Of a DNA stretch of 64,000 nt, positions 57,960 through 64,000 are shown one piece after another; within the stretch, counting starts at the first letter, position 1; every line of letters starts with the position of its first letter. Under the pieces are notes generated by a model, which made no database searches, was not told the DNA's origin, and saw only the letters and a list, made by a program, of their open reading frames with translations. Position numbers and translations under genes: made by a program. Source of the DNA: Eledone cirrhosa (Eukaryota); assembly GCA_964016885.1 (NCBI GenBank), contig OZ024758.1, forward strand, positions 28,582,001 through 28,646,000, read 5' to 3'.

Positions 57960-59625
57960 GTGGTTGGTTTTCTACCTAGTTGGTGTTTGTAGGAAATATG
58001 TTAGAGATGAAATTCCAGAAGCTTACAGCTCTGGGAAGGGAAGATTAGACAAAGCATTTAGGGGGAGGGAATATTGTGTGAGTTTCAGAAGGAGAAAGGA
58101 CAAATTCAACAAGCAGTTCTAAGTAGAAAGAGTATGCAGATCTTATTTTAGAAGAGTGGGGATACTGTAGTATTAATAGTAGAAGCAAAGAGAAGAAACA
58201 ATGCATCTGTGAGTTAGTGATTGAAGCCTATTCTTAATTGAATATTTGCCGATCAACCTTTTTTGGGATTCAATTTATTTCAATTGTTAATACATGTTGA
58301 AGCAGCACTATCTCATAGATGAGAGCAATAGTGCAGCGTCAGTATAACTTAATAGAAGGTTAGCAAATGATCTTAACTGAAGAGGAAATTTAGTATTTCT
58401 GATGCAGTTTTGATAATGTTATATATGCAGTGGTTGCCATGAGAGATCAGAGATTGTGGGGCCTAGCTTTGTTGTGACTTTGGAAGATTTTAATTGTCTG
58501 CTATTCATGACTCGAAAATGTAAGGCACAAGAATGTTTCCTTGATATTCATAATGATTCAATCTTTGGGTTATTGAAAGAGAACAGACTGTGATTGAAGG
58601 ATGCTCTGAAGTTCTTTGTTCATCAATTTATTGTATATCTGATGCAGTGTTTATGTTGCATGCAGATGTCAGTGTGCAACAGATTAACCCTTTAGCAATT
58701 AAACCAGCCATATCCGGCCAGAATCCTCTCACCTCTTTCTGTTCAAACCAGCTGTAACTGGCCGCTCATATTGATGTTAAGGTATTGTTCTCAAACTAAA
58801 TAATATCAAAATCTTGTAGATTCTATATTGTGAGATAATTATGTGAAATAAAATGTTTACTGTGAAAATATAATAGTAAATATAGAGTAATGTAAATGCT
58901 AAAGGGTTAACCCTTTAGCATTTAAACCAGCCATATCCGGCCAGAATTCTCTCACTTCTTTCTGTTCAAACTGGCTTTAACTGGCCACTCATATTGATGT
59001 TAAGGTATAGTTCTCAAAATAAATAATATTAAAATCCTATAGGTGAGATATTATGTGAGATAAAGCTTTTACTGTGAAAATACAATAGTATATATTGAGT
59101 AATGTAAATGCTAAAGGGTTAAGGAGTAAAGCATAGAATCACCTATATGATAGGGTATGCTCTAGATTGGTCAGCAAGTAGATTGTTAAGATACAAAAGA
59201 ATGCATAACAAGAGTCATTATGATGCGGGTAAGAGGGAACCCAATCAGTAAACACTGCAATGATACCCCTAACAAAGCCTCCAATTTAGAACTTCATAAA
59301 TGGATATAGCTATTAAACTATATATAATGTAACTTTGGGGGTTCTAATGTCAGACGCAGCTCCCTATGTGAGTAACATAAGAAAATAAGTCTCTGGTAGA
59401 TCTATGACAGCTATAGTGGTGGTCAGTGAGGAAGGAGAAAGATTCTAAGAGATGAGGGAGATGATTGTTGACAACTGCTTTTATTACCTTTGAGATGCTG
59501 CAAGTGAACATATGACATGTCAGTAGTTTGCAAGGCCAAAGAGGTATACACCCACCCACTCACTTTTTTTTTAGTGTGACCCCAAATATAATTCAGTCTG
59601 CATTTGACAAGTCTGAATTCAAAGC
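57960..59625 (-). mobile_element. Decayed CR1/Jockey-like LINE RT remnant interrupted by a MITE pair
   Basis: SISKVIKAVVNNHLPHLLESFSFLTDHHYSCHRSTRDLFSYVTH resembles the RT segment SKVMExxINxxLxxxLExxxLLSDxQYGFRxxRSTxDLL. Confidence 0.55.
58684..59122. mobile_element. Two head-to-tail piggyBac-type MITEs sharing one TTAA (58907-58910)
   Basis: TTAA-MITE-TTAA-MITE-TTAA arrangement. Confidence 0.9.
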
Positions 59626-59713
59626 CATATACATACATATATATACGCATACATACATATCAATACATATATATATATCGATACACACACACACACATAT
59701 ATATATATCAATA

Positions 59714-59772
<59 letters not shown>

Positions 59773-59796
59773 CAATACATATTATATATATATATA

Positions 59797-60266
59797 TCAT
59801 TTTCATTTTTCATTTCATTTTACGTCCGCTTTTTCCCTGCTTACAAGGGTGGGACGGGAACTGATTCTGGCTTGACTTCTACAGCTGGATGCCCTTCCTA
59901 ACACCAACCTCATTTACAGTGAGTGCTGGGTGCTTTTTTGCCGTGGCACCTCCACGACCACTTTACAGTGTGGGCTGGGTGCTTTTTTGCCGTGGCATCT
60001 CCACGACCACTTTACAGTGTGGGCTGGGTACTTTTTTGCCGTGGCACCTCCACGACCACTTTACAGTGAGTGCTGGGTGCTTTTTGCCGTGGCACCTCCA
60101 CGACCACTTTGCAGTCCCTATCATCTCATTTCTACAGCTGAGTAAACTGGAGCATGTGAAATAAAGTGTCTTGCTCAAGGAAACAACACATCACCCGGTC
60201 TAAGAATTGAACTCACAACCTTTCGATTGCAAGGCCAATGCTCTAACCACTAAGCCATGTGCCTCC
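59797..60266 (-). mobile_element. SINE family A with four internal 49-bp units
   Basis: GCTGGGTGCTTTTTTGCCGTGGCACCTCCACGACCACTTTACAGTG.. repeated four times. Confidence 0.9.
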
Positions 60267-62334
60267 ATATATATATATTACAAATGTTTGCCATAAATAG
60301 ATATTAAAGAAAGTTATTTATTTTATTGGCAAGAGGATGGATTATTAAAGAATTAAATTTATAATATTTTGCGTTTTTCTTCCTAAGGCAATTAAAATTA
60401 AGTCCATTATTTAGAGCTGAAACAAGATCAATTTCTACTATTAAGTTTCTCAATTGTCAAACAAAAATGATTTCTTTATTCAAGTTATAGTTTATGAGCT
60501 TTCTTCACAAACTATCATAATTGTTTCTACTTTAGGCACAAGGCCAGCAATTACCCAGTGCATTACTGGTACTTTATTTTATCGACCCCATAAGGATGAA
60601 AGGCAAAGTCAACCTCGGCGGGATTTGAACTCAGATCGTAAAGGGACGTAACTATGCTGGAAAGCATGACGTCTGACCCTCTACCGATACTACCAGGGAT
60701 TTGAACTCAGATCGTAAAGGGACGTAACTATGCTGGAAAGCATGACGTCTGACCCTTTACCGATACTACCAATCCACCTTATAATAGTGTGAATTTTGAT
60801 GCTTTTACTATTATTTTTTCTTATTTCATTTATTCCTTAAAGCATATATGTTTGAGTATTTTTAGTTTCTTTCTCTTTTATTCTTAAGATTGGACCGGAA
60901 ATGTAATTTTACTCCATTACATTATTAAATATGCCTTAATAATTATTAAATATGCTTTAATAATTCTCTTTAATACAAGTAATATTAATGTCTTACATTT
61001 CTCAAGGCCATAAATTTATTATAACAAAGAGATAGTCAATTGAATCTGGTATTTATGTTATAGACCCAGAGGGTAGAAATACAGAGCTGAACATTTGAAC
61101 TGAATTCAGTTGGACAGAATGTAAGGCATCTATAGTCTGCCAGTCTAGTTCTGTTACTATTCTATTTTTAAATGAATCATTCATTTTGTTCTTAGGCATA
61201 ATGTTATTTTTGCAGGAAGAATTTTAAAAATTCATTATCTTTTTTATATCTATTTTATCAACTCTGATCTGCTGAAAGGCAAGTTGATACCAACTGGCTT
61301 TTCACACAGAAATATGGTTTTATTATTATGATAAGAGAATTTGAGATCAGTTAGTTTCCAATTTGTATAGTTTCAAGTGTATTCCAAATACATAGTAAAC
61401 AATACTGTAAACAGATTTCTTTCCACTGAGAATTACATTGGAAAAACTTTTATTCTGATCAATTTAATTAATATCTAAAATCATTACCACCTCTAATCAC
61501 ACAGCATTTTAGTAAATCTTCATTTTCATTTGGACACTTTTCTTTATAGTCCTCTATCTTAGTTCAGGGAGAGAAAATCTTTTCTTAATTCAATGAAGCT
61601 TCTGACTCATTGCCATGGCTCAAAAGGCCAGTCACAATTTAAACAAAACAAAAGCTACAAAACCAATAAGAAAACTAGAATAACACCAAATGGTCAGGAA
61701 CATCCATCAATAGGTGATCAGCTCTATTGGTAGATTGACCTCAGTACTAGACAACAAAAGTACTTTGGAGAGATTTAAGCTCAAAATGTAAAGAATTAAA
61801 ACTAATTAAAAGTCATGTCAAAAGCAACCTGAAGACAATCATGATGATTTATCTGACACCCTTATGATTCTGCCAATTAACCACCCTAACTAACAAAGCA
61901 TTCTACTGAATTTTAACTTTGGCACAAAGCCACAAAGCTACCATGGAAGATAGACAGTAAATGATGATGATGATGATGATGATGATGTAGTCAATGTTCA
62001 ACTGATCCAGTGGCTAACTGCATTTTGTGGGGGGTGAGGGGGTTGCTCAAGAGTAAGTGGATGTCGGTATGGCTTTTGTATGCACTCCAGCACCTGTGAG
62101 ATCTATGCAATTACTGTTCTTAAACAGTTTCAAGTGTATGGCTGTGGGAAACAACATAAGTAGTAATGTAAATTCCAGATTCTGAGATGGAAGAACTGGA
62201 AAGTGAGTGACTTGATGCCAATCAGTGAGATGGCCGTTTGGGAGCTGCTATCTAGGATATCTGCATGTGTAGCTGCAACACTGTACTAGATATCACTGTG
62301 GGTCTCATTTGAGCTTTGTACAGTTATTAGTTGT

Positions 62335-62655
62335 GAAGGCCCGTGGCTTGTGGTTAGGGAATTCGGTTCACGATCGTAGGGTTGGGAGTTCGATTGCTGG
62401 TGGGGTGCTGTGTCCTTGAACAAGACACTTTATTTCACTTTGTTCAGTCCACTCAGCTGGCAAAAATGAGTTGTAACTGTAATTTAAAGGGCCAGTCTTG
62501 CCACATTCTGTGTTATGCCAAATCTTCCCGAGAACTACATTAAGGGTACATGTGCTTGTGAAATGCTCAGCCACTTGCATGTTAATTTCATGAGCAGGTT
62601 GTTCCATTGATCGGATCAACTGGAACACTCATTGTCATAACTGATGGAGTGCCTT
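62335..62655 (+). mobile_element. SINE family C
   Basis: TGGCTTGTGG A box, GAGTTCGATTG B box, GTGTCCTTGAACAAGACACTT CORE-like segment. Confidence 0.8.
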
Positions 62656-63359
62656 CCATTCCAGTTGTTATGAGATCAAGTACATCATGACCATGAATTG
62701 GATGGCCAGTTTTTATGATTCAGTCTTTCCTCTAACTGGTTACTTGTTTTATCTACCATGGATATGTTACCTGCCACCGAGCCAACTTCAACATTTTAGG
62801 ATTTGTACCTGTCTACTGCCCCTCCAAAGTCAACCCAAGTCAGCCCACTGCTGACCTGGATGCTTGCATGTCACCCCCAGGGAATGGCCATTTGTCTGTG
62901 TGTGCCACCTGCCACCAAGCCGTCTTTGAAATTTTACAAAAAGTACATAAGCTTTTTTGAAATGATTTAGATATTCACTGCCTTTATTGTAAACAAAATA
63001 ATTAAACCCTGTTTTGTTTTTGTTTTTCATCTTGATATCTTACAGACACAAACATATAGATCAGTCTTAACTTTATTGAAATTTAAATAATAACTGAAAA
63101 TAAAAAAAAGAAAGAATTTGAGTTAGAAATATTTTGGGTATTCCATAAATTACTGAAAACAGAACAAAAACAAAATTTATTTAATTAACAATGGTTTGTG
63201 AATGAATTTGGCTTTCATGATTTGAATTTTTAAGGGTTTCAGTTACAATAATAAAAACACAATCTCAAATACCATAAGACCAAATCTTGGTATTTCAAAC
63301 AATCAGAGAACTGAAAGCTTGAAAAACTGAAAATCATATTACCGAAAGATGAAAATCTC

Positions 63360-63580
63360 AAAAATATATTTTACGAAAAAATACATCATTTTGGGGAAAA
63401 TATACATTTTAGGGAAAATATATATATTTTAGGGAAAATATACATTTTAGGGAAAGTATATATTTTATGAAAAAAATACATTTTAGGGGAAAAAATACAT
63501 TTTAGGGAAAATATATATTTTAGGGAAAATTTATATATTTTAGGGAAAATTTATATATTTTAGGGAAAATATACATTCTT
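63360..63580. repeat. ~19-22-bp minisatellite TTTTAGGGAAAATATA(C/T)A
   Basis: About 10 imperfect tandem copies. Confidence 0.85.
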
Positions 63581-64000
63581 AAAAGTAATTTACTTTTAGT
63601 TTTAGAAGGATAATTTTTATTTGAGAAACAATTTATTTAAATAATATAAATAAATGTTGAAATGATATCAAAGGTGTAATTGTAAATTCTGAAAACATAT
63701 TCTACATTTTTGTTCTTTGAATACAAACAAACTGAACACAAAAACAACAAAATGATTTTTTTTTTCATCTTATTGTCATTTGCCTTCTTTCTTTTATTGT
63801 AAAATGCCAATATTTACACTTTTGCCAGACTGATTTCGTTTCTTTCATTAACTAAGTGATTGTTTCAAATAAATCCCCTTTTTAAAAATTTAAATGTCTT
63901 TTCAGTATGTTTTTGTTACTATTTTTTCTTAAAATATATTGTTTGTAAAATTGGAGTATTCTCAGTGTGAAAGGTAGCCATAACAGCTGGATACTATTTG

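Noticed and set aside
63380-63580. Telomeric TTAGGG repeats
   Set aside because: TTAGGG occurs only once per ~20-bp AT-rich minisatellite unit, not as tandem hexamers.
54844-64000. Further upstream CAPS exon (expected ..LDNxDEQAAxIRRELDGR..)
   Set aside because: Not found by eye; it probably lies beyond the window, though a short exon could have been missed.

Overview
This is AT-rich, repeat-dense eukaryotic DNA. The SINE and LINE families look like those of a coleoid cephalopod such as Octopus (inference). The whole window lies inside one minus-strand gene, a CAPS/CADPS (UNC-31) calcium-dependent secretion activator. Four phase-compatible GT-AG exons are present (54680-54843, 46563-46656, 41922-42043, 14441-14552), covering the region before and within the C2 domain. 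The introns contain: (i) a 67-bp satellite of at least 12.5 kb with 14-, 16-, 28- and 40-monomer higher-order periods; (ii) RTE-clade LINE copies, one with a ~840-codon open EN-RT frame carrying a C4HC3 PHD-like finger; (iii) a ~19-kb (TA)n-dominated block with sharply bounded islands; and (iv) many tRNA-derived SINEs, TTAA-flanked piggyBac-type MITEs, hAT and mariner elements, and decayed CR1-, RTE- and CRE-like LINE fragments. The islands in the (TA)n block include an inverted, near-identical RT fragment, two terminally redundant ~520/570-bp units, a ~1-kb foldback and several hammerhead-ribozyme motifs. The long Tyr/Ile ORFs are microsatellite artefacts. All homology calls come from motif recognition by eye, not from database searches.
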